Made by a program: the position numbers and the translations under genes. Source: Deltaproteobacteria bacterium (GTDB taxonomy: Bacteria > Myxococcota > Kuafuiibacteriia > Kuafuiibacteriales > Kuafuiibacteriaceae). Taken from it: a DNA stretch of 64,000 bases. The notes below the pieces were generated by a model, which was given only the letters and a program-made list of their open reading frames with translations, did not search any database and was not told the origin of the DNA. The stretch lies in assembly GCA_020632995.1 (NCBI GenBank), contig JACKEN010000008.1:114064-178063 (forward strand), in the 5' to 3' direction. Shown here one piece after another: positions 41,659-51,189 of this stretch. Numbering within the stretch: the stretch's first letter is position 1; each line of letters starts with the position of its first letter.

Positions 41659-43993
41659 TCCCCGCTTGGGTCCGGTGTCGCTGGACCCGACGTTGGCCCG
41701 TTTCCGTCGGGCTCTGCGCCGCTCTGATCGACGTCACCTCTACCTCCTCGTCTTGGAGCGGCCCGCTGATGCTCCAAACACCATCGACTTGATCCAAGCG
41801 GAGCGTCCCGCCGCGCCCCTCCGTCTCCTGAGCGCTGCCGATGGCATCGATGCGCTGGCCGCGCCACAAGAGGGGGCGGCGGTCACGGTGCTGGATCTTA
41901 CCCTAGACGGTGGCCGCCCGGAGTTGGTGCGCGAGCTGCTGCAGCGCTTCAACGAGCGCCGTAACCTGGTGATGGAGCGCCTCGGGGGTGAGCTGGTCAT
42001 CCTCCTGACGCCTTCGCAGGAGCGTGCTGTGGCGCGGTTCGCGCCCGATGTCTGGGCCATCCGGAGCGGTGCGTATCTCATTGGCGGAGGGGACGACGGT
42101 CTGGAGACCGTCACCGGGCGGGATTCATCGCCCGTTTCAGAAACCCCACTGGAGCCGCTGATCGAGGAGGTCGCACAGGCGCGACGTGCCCTCGAACGAC
42201 AAGCCGACCCGGGCACCGTGCTTCAGGTCGCCGCCGCCCTGATCCGTATTGCGGAAGAGGGCTTGCACCGGGACTCGCGGGTTGCGGACTGGGCGAGGGA
42301 GAGCCTGGCGCTCCTACGGTCGTTGGCAACGGAGCCGGAGCACGATCCGGGCGAGATCGAAGGGCTCAAGGCACGGGCACTTCTTGCGTTGGGTGGCGCA
42401 CTGGAGAAAGAGGGAGAAGCTGAGGAGTCGGTGCAATGCACCGCGGAGGCTGTCGATGTCCTCCGCGGGCTGTCGAAGGCCCAGCCGCGGGCGCATCTAC
42501 GCGAGCTCGCACGGGCACTCCGCCGACTCGGCGAGCGCCTCGCCAAGATCGGCAACCTGCAAGATGGCCTTGAGGCAACTCAGGAGGCCGTGCAGATCGC
42601 ACGGGGTTTGGCCAGGGAGCACTCCGCGTTTCTCCCCGACCTGGCCAATGGCCTCAGCAACCTGAGCAACATCTTTCGAGGGCTGGGCCGAAGGGAGGAG
42701 GCCCTGGCTGCTGCCCAGGAGGCCGTCGACTGGTATCGGCAGCTGGTGCAGGTACGCCCCGCCTTCTTTCTCTCGCACTTGGCGAGCAGCCTCAACAACC
42801 TGGGTATTGCATTCAGTGAGTTGGGACGACGCGAGGAAGCGCTTGGGGCAGCCGAGGAATCAGTGGCGGCCTGCAGGACGCTGGCGAAGAACGCCCCGAA
42901 CCCCTTCCTCGACATGCTTGCTGCTAGCCTGACCAACCTCGGCGCGAGGTTTGATGCTCTCGGTCGGCGGGAGGAGGCCTTGGTGGCCACGGAGGAAGCA
43001 GTCGATCTCTACAGGACTCTGGCACAGACACGGCCCGAGTCTTCCCGTGCAGACCTTGCTGCCAGCCTCAACAACCTGAGCGTGATGCTGGGCGCCATGG
43101 GGCAACCGGGGCAGGCGCTGGAGCCAATCCTCGAGGCGGTGGAGATCCGACGGACGCTCGCGCAGACCCGACCCGACCTGTTTCTCCCAGGGTTGTACAA
43201 GGGCCTTGGCAACCTGGGCCTGCAACTCAACGCTTTGGGTCGGCACGATGAGGCGATTGAGGCCACGAGGGAGGCTGCAGAGGGCTTCCGGGCACTGACG
43301 CAGAGCCAGCCGGCCGTGTTCCTGCCCGACCTTGCGACCAACCTGAATAACCTCGGCATGATGCTCAACGCGGTGGGCCGGAGTGAGGAAGCGCTCGAGG
43401 TTACGCGGGAGTCCGTGGAGAGCCTGCACGAACTCGTACGTTATTGGCCCGATGCGTTTCTCCCGACGCTGGCAGGGAGTCTCAACACCCTTGGTATCCA
43501 ACTCGAGGCTCAAGGTCGCCATGAAGAGGCACTCGAGGCTCTGATCGAGTCGCGGCGACTCCACCTCGTACTTGTGGCGTCCCACTCCGACGCTTTCAGT
43601 TCCAGTTTCGCCATGACCCTCAAGAACCTGGGGGCTGTTCTCGGGGCTCTCGGCCGGCATCAGGAGGCGTTGGAGGCTACGCGCGAGGCCGTGGAGCGCT
43701 ACCGCGCCCTGGCCGAGTCGCACTCAGCAGCGTTCGTCGCCGATCTGGCAGGTGCCCTGAACAACCTGGCTGCGATCCTCAGCGCTCTCGAGCGCCATGG
43801 GGAAGCCTTGGACGCCGCTCGAGAGGCGGTCCAGCTCTATGCGGGTCTGTACCCAACGCGCCCCGCTGCGATTGCGCATGACCTTGGCCGGTCCGCGCAG
43901 ACGTATCACGGAGCCCTGGTAGCCAATGGTCAGGATCCGGAGTCCGATCCCCTCCTGCGCGAGGTACGGGCTGGTGGCATTCGAGCAGGTTGA
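41645..43993 (+). CDS. Degenerate NTPase-like N-terminal domain plus about 11-12 TPR-like repeats of 46 aa
   Basis: FNERRNL...APDVWAIRSG segment; repeats such as PAFFLSHLASSLNNLGIAFSELGRREEALGAAEESVAACRTLAKNA; overlaps the ATPase stop. Confidence 0.85.
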   Translation: MSGRDPRLGPVSLDPTLARFRRALRRSDRRHLYLLVLERPADAPNTIDLIQAERPAAPLRLLSAADGIDALAAPQEGAAVTVLDLTLDGGRPELVRELLQRFNERRNLVMERLGGELVILLTPSQERAVARFAPDVWAIRSGAYLIGGGDDGLETVTGRDSSPVSETPLEPLIEEVAQARRALERQADPGTVLQVAAALIRIAEEGLHRDSRVADWARESLALLRSLATEPEHDPGEIEGLKARALLALGGALEKEGEAEESVQCTAEAVDVLRGLSKAQPRAHLRELARALRRLGERLAKIGNLQDGLEATQEAVQIARGLAREHSAFLPDLANGLSNLSNIFRGLGRREEALAAAQEAVDWYRQLVQVRPAFFLSHLASSLNNLGIAFSELGRREEALGAAEESVAACRTLAKNAPNPFLDMLAASLTNLGARFDALGRREEALVATEEAVDLYRTLAQTRPESSRADLAASLNNLSVMLGAMGQPGQALEPILEAVEIRRTLAQTRPDLFLPGLYKGLGNLGLQLNALGRHDEAIEATREAAEGFRALTQSQPAVFLPDLATNLNNLGMMLNAVGRSEEALEVTRESVESLHELVRYWPDAFLPTLAGSLNTLGIQLEAQGRHEEALEALIESRRLHLVLVASHSDAFSSSFAMTLKNLGAVLGALGRHQEALEATREAVERYRALAESHSAAFVADLAGALNNLAAILSALERHGEALDAAREAVQLYAGLYPTRPAAIAHDLGRSAQTYHGALVANGQDPESDPLLREVRAGGIRAG

Positions 43994-44163
43994 GTTGACG
44001 AACAGCGGCCTCCAGGGGCCGAGCTTCACGCGGGAGCGGAGCGACCTCACCAAGGGCACAGCGACACCGGCGCATTACTCCCGTCGGTGCTCATGGTTGA
44101 GGAGTCGGCATGGCGAGGACGGGCCGATTCGCTGGCCGCGCCCCCAATGAAATTCACTCGCGC

Positions 44164-45831
44164 TCAGCGGCAGGGCGGGTTCGGGCCGTTCGGGGTCCCG
44201 AGGTCCGTGGCGTACTCGAGCGTGGCCAGGCACCACGTCGCGGGGTCATCGTTGCTGTTGGCGTCGCCCTGGTTCGGGTCGAGGCTCATGCTCGCTCCCG
44301 CCCTGAGCGGGAAGCCGCTCTTCCACGCCACGCGGTCGATGACCTGGCCGTCGCAGACCAGCTCGAGCTCGTCCTCGCTGTTGGCGAGGGTGAGGCCGCT
44401 GCCGTAGACCACGGTGGGGGTGAAGCCGGGGTCGGCGGAGCGGGCGAAGGTGATGGCGGCGCCCGCGGGCACGAGGACGCCGTCGGCGAGGGTGATGGCG
44501 TCCCGGCCGTCGTCCCGGATCCAGCAGCCGGTGAGGTCGTAGGCCTGGGCGGGGTCCACCGCGGCCAGCTCGAACCACTCGCCCTGGCTGTCGGAGAGGG
44601 CGTCCGGGTTCGTCATGATCTCAGTGAAATTCAGATCTCCGGGCCCCGGGGCGAGGGGCGAGGGGCCGCCGTCGCAGCCGCCTGCCACGGTGCAGGTGAA
44701 GTTGACGAGCTGGGTGGGCCGGTCGGTGGCGCTCGAGGCGTCGCCCAGGCTGGCCACCTCGTAGCGGCCGCCGGTGGCGAAGATCCCGATCGTGCCGTCG
44801 GCCACCAGGGGCTGCACCAGGGCCTCCGCCGGGCACACCGTGGCGCCGGCCTGGGTCTGGACCACCCGCTGGATGGGGAGGTCGGCCAGGGACTGGTAGG
44901 TGTCGCAGCCGGGGTGCCCGTAGGTGTTCTGGGCGCTCACCGAGATGACGCCCACCTCGGGTCGCAGGGCGGCGAGGAACTCGGGGCTGCTGGCGTTGTC
45001 GCCGCCGTGATGGCCGAGGTGCAGCACCTCGAGGTCGACCCCCCGGGCGGCAAGGGCCGCGCCGAGCACCGGCTCCACCCGGGCGTTCTCGCTCCCGTGG
45101 GGGCGGCCGGTCAGGTCGCCGGTGACGAGGAAGTCGAAGCCGCCAGGGCCGCTGATCAGCACTGCGATGGAGCGCTCATTGGCGGTGTTCACGTAGGGGA
45201 CGCGGTCCGGGGTGTCGATGACGTAGCCGTCGCCTGCAACCACGGTTGCAGAGTAGCCCCCGCCGAGCTCGAAGGACCGCCCGAGGTTGTCGCCGTCGCG
45301 CACCACCACGTGCTCCACCCCGCGGGCCTCGTCCCTCGCCACGCAGGTGAGGTAGAAGTCCAGGGTGCTGCTGGTGGCGGGGAGCACGCCGAGGTCGATG
45401 ATGGCCTTTTGGGCCGCGTGCGGGCCGGGCGTGCACGCGTCGTCGGCCCACAGCACGGAGTCGCCGCCGAGCACCCGCGCGAAGCCCCCGATGTGGTCGG
45501 AGTCGTAGTGGGTGGCCACCACGAACTCGATCTCGTCGATTCCCGCGCCCTCGAGCACCTCGGTGACGATGCGCCCGCCGTCGGGCCGGAGCTTGCCGGA
45601 GTCGATGAGCATCGCGACCCGATGGCCGCCGCGCGCGGGGGGCCCGAGCACCAGGGTGGCGTCGCCGTTGCCGACGTCGATCGCGTAGATCGACAGGTCG
45701 CCCCGCGGCGTGAAGTCCGGGTAGGCGCCCACGCCCTCGCTGGTCTCGGTGCCGGTCGGCGCCGGGCCACAGCTGGCCATCGCGGTCATTCCGACCACGA
45801 AGGCGGTGCTCCAGGCGGGCCCGAATCGCAC
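44164..45831 (-). CDS. ComEC/Rec2-like metallo-beta-lactamase-fold hydrolase with a C-terminal lamin-tail domain, probable lipoprotein
   Basis: IDVGNGDA, THYDSDHIGG, TGDL, GHHG, YGHP; LTD motif FTEIMTNP...GEWFEL. Start uncertain. Confidence 0.8.
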   Translation of the reverse strand: MRFGPAWSTAFVVGMTAMASCGPAPTGTETSEGVGAYPDFTPRGDLSIYAIDVGNGDATLVLGPPARGGHRVAMLIDSGKLRPDGGRIVTEVLEGAGIDEIEFVVATHYDSDHIGGFARVLGGDSVLWADDACTPGPHAAQKAIIDLGVLPATSSTLDFYLTCVARDEARGVEHVVVRDGDNLGRSFELGGGYSATVVAGDGYVIDTPDRVPYVNTANERSIAVLISGPGGFDFLVTGDLTGRPHGSENARVEPVLGAALAARGVDLEVLHLGHHGGDNASSPEFLAALRPEVGVISVSAQNTYGHPGCDTYQSLADLPIQRVVQTQAGATVCPAEALVQPLVADGTIGIFATGGRYEVASLGDASSATDRPTQLVNFTCTVAGGCDGGPSPLAPGPGDLNFTEIMTNPDALSDSQGEWFELAAVDPAQAYDLTGCWIRDDGRDAITLADGVLVPAGAAITFARSADPGFTPTVVYGSGLTLANSEDELELVCDGQVIDRVAWKSGFPLRAGASMSLDPNQGDANSNDDPATWCLATLEYATDLGTPNGPNPPCR

Positions 45832-46083
45832 GGCGCCTACTATAGCCGCGAATGTGACGCGGAGGTGGCCGCCAGACGGCCGATGCGCAACAACGCTGGC
45901 GCACATCGACACGTGCGCCAGGTCACTTGCATGGGTTGTCGAGCAGGTCAGCTTGCGAGATCGCGCCCGCGCCGCACTTCGGTTCATCCCCGCCAGCATC
46001 GCTCGGGCCGACCTCTCTGGCGTGCGAGGGGCCGCGAACCGCCCCAAGCCGACCGAGCACCGGGGGGTGTGGCCTCGGGGCCA

Positions 46084-47481
46084 CTATGGCGTGATGGCGA
46101 TGGCCTCGGGGATCTGCTCGAAGCCCATCCCCAGGTCGAGCTGGCCCAGGTCCCGGACGGTGCCGGGGGCGTCCACCGCGAGGCGGGCGACGTTGGACAT
46201 GCCGTTGGTGTCCACCGAGGGGACTAGGGTGAGGCCGCTGAGGCTGCCGCGGGTGACCATCGCCATCTGGGTGGCGAGGCCGATGCCCGCGATCTCGCCC
46301 ACCACGGTCCAGCCCAGGGCGCCCGGGGTGAGCACCGCTACGCGGTTCGACTCCGCGCGCGACGCAAGCAGGGTTGCGCCGTCGGGCGCGAAGAGGACCT
46401 GGGTGAGGTTGGTGAGGCCGGTGAGGCGCGCCGCGCTCACAAGCGTCTCGCCCGAGACGGTGAGCACCGCCAGCTCGTCCGCCTCGTTCGAGAAGTCCAG
46501 GCCGTTCGGGACCATGAAGGTGGTGCCGTCGGGGGAGAGGGCCACGTTCTCGGCCGACAGGTAGTCGGTGAAGATGTCGAAGGCGCCGCGCTCCACGAAG
46601 CCGCCCCCCGGCTGCAGCGCGAGCACCCGCACGTCGCGCAGATCCTGGGGATCGAACAGGGCCTGGCCGCCCGCCACCCACAGGGTGACGCCGTCGGGGG
46701 CCAGCGCGGCGCCGTTGGCCAGGCGCAGGGGGAAGAAGAGGGCGGTGTCGACCGTGAGGTGGCCGTCGCAGGCGAGGCGCACCGTCGACAGGCCCCCGCC
46801 AGAGGTGGAGTTCGTGCCGGTCACCACCACCGTCTGGCCGTCCGGGAGCAGCGTGAGGTCGCCGTAGCCGGCGGGGGGGAGGGTGACCTGGTCGATGATC
46901 GCGAGGTCCTGCGGGCCGCTCACCCGCACGCTGACCAGGGTGCCGTCTTCGCCGAGCACCAGCGCGACGTCGCCCCGGGGCACGAAGGCGATGCGGGCCA
47001 CCCGCGTGCCCACGTCGAGGCGCTGCCCCACGTCGGTGAGGGTCGCGTCGGGGGCGAGGGAGAGGCTCCGGATGGTGGTGCCGGGGACCTGCGGGTCGCT
47101 GGTGAAGGGGTGGGAGGTCAGCACGACCCGCGGGCCGTCGGCGGGTCCGAGCTGATCGAACCCGCAAGCGGGGTTGCTCCCCGCGTCCGCCTGCCCCGCG
47201 TCGACGTCGCCGGCATCGACCTCACCCGCGTCCGGTGCGCCGGAGTCGGCGACGCTCGCGTCCTCGCCCGCGTCGGACGCCACCCCGGCGTCGTCCGGCG
47301 AGCCGGAGTCCGGGAGCTGGGCGTCGGAGATGGACCCGGCGTCCTGGCCCACCGGGAGCACTGTCTCGCCCGCGCACGCCAGGAGCGCCACCAGCGGGAG
47401 CGCCAGGAGGACTTCGCAAGCGGAGCGCGAAGCCGGGCGCCGCTCGGGGGGTGGGACGGCTCCGCCGGCCCGTGACCCCAT
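46084..47481 (-). CDS. Beta-propeller (lactonase/YncE-like) lipoprotein
   Basis: Lipobox ALLAC; DAG acidic linker; repeated ..PDG.T blade motifs. Confidence 0.65.
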   Translation of the reverse strand: MGSRAGGAVPPPERRPASRSACEVLLALPLVALLACAGETVLPVGQDAGSISDAQLPDSGSPDDAGVASDAGEDASVADSGAPDAGEVDAGDVDAGQADAGSNPACGFDQLGPADGPRVVLTSHPFTSDPQVPGTTIRSLSLAPDATLTDVGQRLDVGTRVARIAFVPRGDVALVLGEDGTLVSVRVSGPQDLAIIDQVTLPPAGYGDLTLLPDGQTVVVTGTNSTSGGGLSTVRLACDGHLTVDTALFFPLRLANGAALAPDGVTLWVAGGQALFDPQDLRDVRVLALQPGGGFVERGAFDIFTDYLSAENVALSPDGTTFMVPNGLDFSNEADELAVLTVSGETLVSAARLTGLTNLTQVLFAPDGATLLASRAESNRVAVLTPGALGWTVVGEIAGIGLATQMAMVTRGSLSGLTLVPSVDTNGMSNVARLAVDAPGTVRDLGQLDLGMGFEQIPEAIAITP

Positions 47482-47482
47482 G
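47413..47482. repeat. Dispersed repeat, copy 2
   Basis: Matches 21545-21620 at both ends, with a variable middle. Confidence 0.85.
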
Positions 47483-47504
47483 ATGTGTCGAAGCAATGGG
47501 CGTC

Positions 47505-49514
47505 TCACGCGATGAAGAGGTCGTCGGCGCGGGGGGCCTTCACCGCGGCGTCCACCACCCCTCGCCGGGCCAGATCGGCCATGATCTCGGCCAGCTCGGG
47601 CTGGTAGGCGCCCCGGGCCGCGTTCTCGGCCAGCTTCTCACCCAGGAGGCCGGCGTTCACCCCCGCGTCGCCGCGGCAGAACGGCTTGGCGGCGAGGGCC
47701 GCGGTGTCCTCCAAGAGGCGCACCAGCTCCTGGGCGAGGGAGTCGGAGCCGGGGTCGCCGATCCCGGCGAGGAGCGCCGCGGTGCCGGGCCCGCCCAGGT
47801 TCAGGCGCTCGAAGAGCGCGGCGGCCCGCTCGCCCCGCGGGGCGATGTGCTCCGCCCGCTCCTCCGCGCTCAGGCGCCGGGGAGCGGCGAGGATCGACAC
47901 CGGGGCCTCCAGGTCGCCGAGGCTGAGCCACGGCGCGGCCGCGCTCACCTGGTTCACCAGCTTGGGGCCGTAGGCCCTGGCGCGCTGCAAGACCTCCTGC
48001 ACACCTCGATCGCCGAAGAACGCGTCGGTCAGCCGCCCCACGTTCGCGCTGTGCCCGGCCTTGCCGTGCATCGCGTCGGCCCGGGCCAGCAGGCTCGAGA
48101 CCGCCTTCGGCGCCGGCTCGGCTCCCAGCGCCTCGAGGCCCTCCAGCTTGAAGGCCTGCAGCGCTGCCGCCTGCCGGGTGAAGGCGGCGGGGGCCGCGTC
48201 CACACCCTTCGGCCACGCGGCCCGGAGGGCGGCCACCGCGTCCCCGAAGGTGGCCTCGGTGACCTTCGCCGCGACCACCGCGGGGGCGGGCCGCGCGGGG
48301 CTGGTCAAGCGGGGCTGCGGCTCCGGGGCGGGGAGGGCGGATGGCCGCGCGGGGCTCTGCAGGCGGGGCTGCAGCTCCGGGGCGGGGAGGGCGGAGGGCC
48401 GCGCCGGGCTCGGCAGGCGGGGCTGCGGCTCAGGGGCGGGGAGGGCGGCCTGGGCCTCGCGGCCGGTGAGCCGAGGCTGCACCGGCGGGGCGGGGAGCGC
48501 GGCGGCCTCCTCGGGGGCGGTCAACCTGGCCTGCGCCTCGGGCGCGGGGAGGGCGGCGAGCCGATCGGGCCCGGTCAAGCGGGGTTGCACCGGCGGGGCG
48601 GGGAGCGCCGCCCGCTCCTCGGGCCCGGTCAACCGGGGTTGCACGGGCGGGGCGGGGAGCGCCGCCCGCTCCTCGGGACCCGTCAACCGAGGCTGCACTG
48701 CCAGGGCCTGTGGCGTCAGCGGCGCGCCGGGGCGGGCCCCCGAGGGCGGGTTGGCGCCGTACATGCTCGCGTGGGCGGGGCCGAAGCCGAAGCCCGCGAA
48801 CCAGGAGAGCACCGGCGCCACCAGGGGGTGGGTCTTGAGCTTCTGCCAAGTGTCCTTGGCGCGCCCCATCAGGGTGCGGCCGAACTCCTTCACCGAGGCC
48901 CACCAGCCGCCCTGGGCCTTCGCGGGCCCGGCGGTGTCTTCGGCCTGACGGGCCTCATCGGCCGCCGGAGTGTAGGTCAGCCGGAGCGGGGCCTCGGCCG
49001 CGGTCAGGCGCAGCGGCTCGGCCTGGGCGGGCGCCGCGGCGGGCTCTGGTCGCGCGGGCGGGGGTGAGACCGGCACCAGGGGCTGCGGGCGCCAGACCAC
49101 CAGCGCGCCGCCGGTGCCGAGGCGCGGCGTGGTGCCGAGGAGCATGGCCTCCTGCGGGCCGAGGCGCTGGCCGGCCAGCATGCCGAGGAGCGGGGCTCGC
49201 GACGCCGCGGTGCCGTAGCGCTTGGTGAGCTGGGTGACGGATGGGACCTGGGCCAGGTCCAGCAGCCGCCCCACCGTCATGTCCCCCGCCGCCGCGGTGA
49301 CGTCCTTCATGCGGCGGAGGGTGGCGTTGTCCTTGACCAGCTGATCCGGGCTCACCCGCGTGAAGAGGCCGCCCTCGTCCCGCGGGCGCTCGAGCGCCTC
49401 GCGCCGGGACTGATCTGCGAGCCGATCCCGCAGCGCCTCGAGCTGCTGCCGGGTGTCGTCGTCCACCAGCTGGGAGATGGGCGTGCCGCGGGGCGGGAGG
49501 ACGGACTTGGTCAC
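47505..49514 (-). CDS. Hypothetical Pro/Ala-rich protein with 18-aa tandem repeats
   Basis: Long ORF with no competing gene; about 8 copies of VQPRLTGPEERAALPAPP. Confidence 0.6.
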   Translation of the reverse strand: MTKSVLPPRGTPISQLVDDDTRQQLEALRDRLADQSRREALERPRDEGGLFTRVSPDQLVKDNATLRRMKDVTAAAGDMTVGRLLDLAQVPSVTQLTKRYGTAASRAPLLGMLAGQRLGPQEAMLLGTTPRLGTGGALVVWRPQPLVPVSPPPARPEPAAAPAQAEPLRLTAAEAPLRLTYTPAADEARQAEDTAGPAKAQGGWWASVKEFGRTLMGRAKDTWQKLKTHPLVAPVLSWFAGFGFGPAHASMYGANPPSGARPGAPLTPQALAVQPRLTGPEERAALPAPPVQPRLTGPEERAALPAPPVQPRLTGPDRLAALPAPEAQARLTAPEEAAALPAPPVQPRLTGREAQAALPAPEPQPRLPSPARPSALPAPELQPRLQSPARPSALPAPEPQPRLTSPARPAPAVVAAKVTEATFGDAVAALRAAWPKGVDAAPAAFTRQAAALQAFKLEGLEALGAEPAPKAVSSLLARADAMHGKAGHSANVGRLTDAFFGDRGVQEVLQRARAYGPKLVNQVSAAAPWLSLGDLEAPVSILAAPRRLSAEERAEHIAPRGERAAALFERLNLGGPGTAALLAGIGDPGSDSLAQELVRLLEDTAALAAKPFCRGDAGVNAGLLGEKLAENAARGAYQPELAEIMADLARRGVVDAAVKAPRADDLFIA
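48282..48698. repeat. 54-bp coding tandem repeat, about 7.7 units
   Basis: Recurring ggggcggggagcgc / cggggctgc blocks with 18-aa periodicity. Confidence 0.85.
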
Positions 49515-49595
49515 GGCGCCCCCAGCCTAGCCTCATCCGGTACAGGTAGGCAACCAGCGCACTTTTCGCGGGTGTTCTGCCCGCGCCGGTCCAGC

Positions 49596-50084
49596 TCAGC
49601 CGAGCGCGGCGTCGATCGCGGCCCGGAGCTCCGGGGCCTCGGGCGGGGTGCGGGGCGAGAAGCGGGCGAGCACGCGGCCGTCCTTGCCCACCAGGAACTT
49701 AGCGAAGTTCCAGGAGATATCGCCCGGTCCATCCGGCGCGGTGGGCGCCTGGGTGAGGTGCGTGTACAGGGGCGAGCGGCCCGCGCCGTTGACCTCGAGC
49801 TTCTCGAACATCGGGAAGGTCACCCCGTAGCGGGTGCTGCAGAAGGTCTTGATCTCCTCCGCGGTCCCCGGCTCCTGGGCCCCGAACTGGTTACAGGGAA
49901 ACCCGAGGACCGCGAACCCGCGGGGCGCGAGGGCCTCGTGCAGGGCCTCGAGGCCCGAGTACTGCGGGGTCAGGCCGCACTGGGAGGCGACGTTCACCAG
50001 CAGGAGGACCTGGCCGGAGTAGTCCGCCAGGGCCTTGGGCTGGCCATCGAGGGTGTTCAGGGTGAAGTCGTGCACGCTCGCCAT
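49596..50084 (-). CDS. gpx: Glutathione peroxidase (Cys type)
   Basis: NVASQCGLTPQY, GFPCNQFGAQEPG, WNFAKFLV. Confidence 0.93.
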   Translation of the reverse strand: MASVHDFTLNTLDGQPKALADYSGQVLLLVNVASQCGLTPQYSGLEALHEALAPRGFAVLGFPCNQFGAQEPGTAEEIKTFCSTRYGVTFPMFEKLEVNGAGRSPLYTHLTQAPTAPDGPGDISWNFAKFLVGKDGRVLARFSPRTPPEAPELRAAIDAALG

Positions 50085-50193
50085 GGCTCCCTCGTAGTGG
50101 GGCTCGGGCCGCGCGGCAAGGGCCTTCGCCGCGCAATACACCTTGCCACGTCCCCTCGCTGCCATAGGCAAGCGCCCCCGGGTGGCCCATATT

Positions 50194-51189
50194 GTGCGTG
50201 TCGTGCTCCGCCTCGCCCTCCTCGCCTCGGGCTGCCTGGCCCTCACCGCCTGCGCGTGCTCCAACAAGTCGCACCTCACCACCGCCGACGGGCGCGATCG
50301 CCTCTACCTCGTCCGCACCCCGTCGAGCTGGGACGGTCAATCCAGCTTGCCGGTGGTCCTGATGCTCCACGGCGGCGGCGGGGACATGGACGGCACCGAG
50401 GAGTCGAGCCGCATGACCGAGGCGGGCACGAAGGCGGGGTACATGGTCGTGTACCCGGAGGGGGTCGGCAAGAAGGTGCTGGGGCGGCGCTTCGGCACCT
50501 GGAACGCCGGGGTCTGCTGCGGCACCGCCATGGCCGAGCAGGTCGACGACGTGGCGTTCATCCGCACCCTCATCGACACCCTGGTAGCCGAGCGCCACGC
50601 CGACCCGAAGCGGATCTACGTCGCCGGGCTCTCCAACGGGGCGCTGATGTCCGGCAGGCTGGCTTGCGAGCTCTCGGATCGGATCGCCGCCGCGGGCCCG
50701 GTGGCCGGCGCCCACTTCGACGAGGGCTGCCAGCCGGGTCGTTCGGTGCCGATGTTCTTCATCCACGGCACCGCGGATCAGTGCGTCCCCTACGCGGGCG
50801 GGGAGACCTGCGGCGGCTGCTTCGATCGAGCGATCGAGGAGCTCCTGGATCGGCCCCCCGAGGTCCACGTGAGCTTCCCGTGCGAGGGGCCCACCGACGC
50901 CGCCGCGTTCTGGCGGGGGCGCGACCAGTGCACGGGGGAGGGCGTGACCACGCACCCCAACCCCGACACCACCTGCGTGACGTGGGGCGGCTGCGCGGGC
51001 GGCGCCGAGGTGGTGGCGTGCACGGTGGAGGGCGGCGGCCACACCTGGCCCGGCGGCAAGTTCACCTGCAATCCGCGCAAGGACTACTGCAAGACCTACA
51101 TGGAGACGGTCGGCAAGATCAGCGACTTCGACGCGAACCAGGCCCTGCTCGAGTTCTTCGGGCGCCACGCGCGCGCGGCTACTCCATGA
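50194..51189 (+). CDS. LpqC/PHB-depolymerase-family esterase lipoprotein
   Basis: LHGGGG, VVYPEG, WNAGVCCG, DDVAFI, GLSNG nucleophile, HGTAD, GGHTWPG. Confidence 0.88.
   Translation: MRVVLRLALLASGCLALTACACSNKSHLTTADGRDRLYLVRTPSSWDGQSSLPVVLMLHGGGGDMDGTEESSRMTEAGTKAGYMVVYPEGVGKKVLGRRFGTWNAGVCCGTAMAEQVDDVAFIRTLIDTLVAERHADPKRIYVAGLSNGALMSGRLACELSDRIAAAGPVAGAHFDEGCQPGRSVPMFFIHGTADQCVPYAGGETCGGCFDRAIEELLDRPPEVHVSFPCEGPTDAAAFWRGRDQCTGEGVTTHPNPDTTCVTWGGCAGGAEVVACTVEGGGHTWPGGKFTCNPRKDYCKTYMETVGKISDFDANQALLEFFGRHARAATP

Noticed and set aside
40216-44163. Integrase, tRNA or att-site signature for the ATPase-TPR module
   Set aside because: No tRNA, recombinase or clear long flanking direct repeat found, so mobility is not directly supported.
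48282-48698. Periodic repeats that might be a CRISPR array
   Set aside because: No unique spacers; an in-frame 54-bp coding repeat; no cas genes.
49596-50084. Possible selenocysteine in glutathione peroxidase or the TlpAs
   Set aside because: Active-site codons are TGC, with no in-frame TGA.
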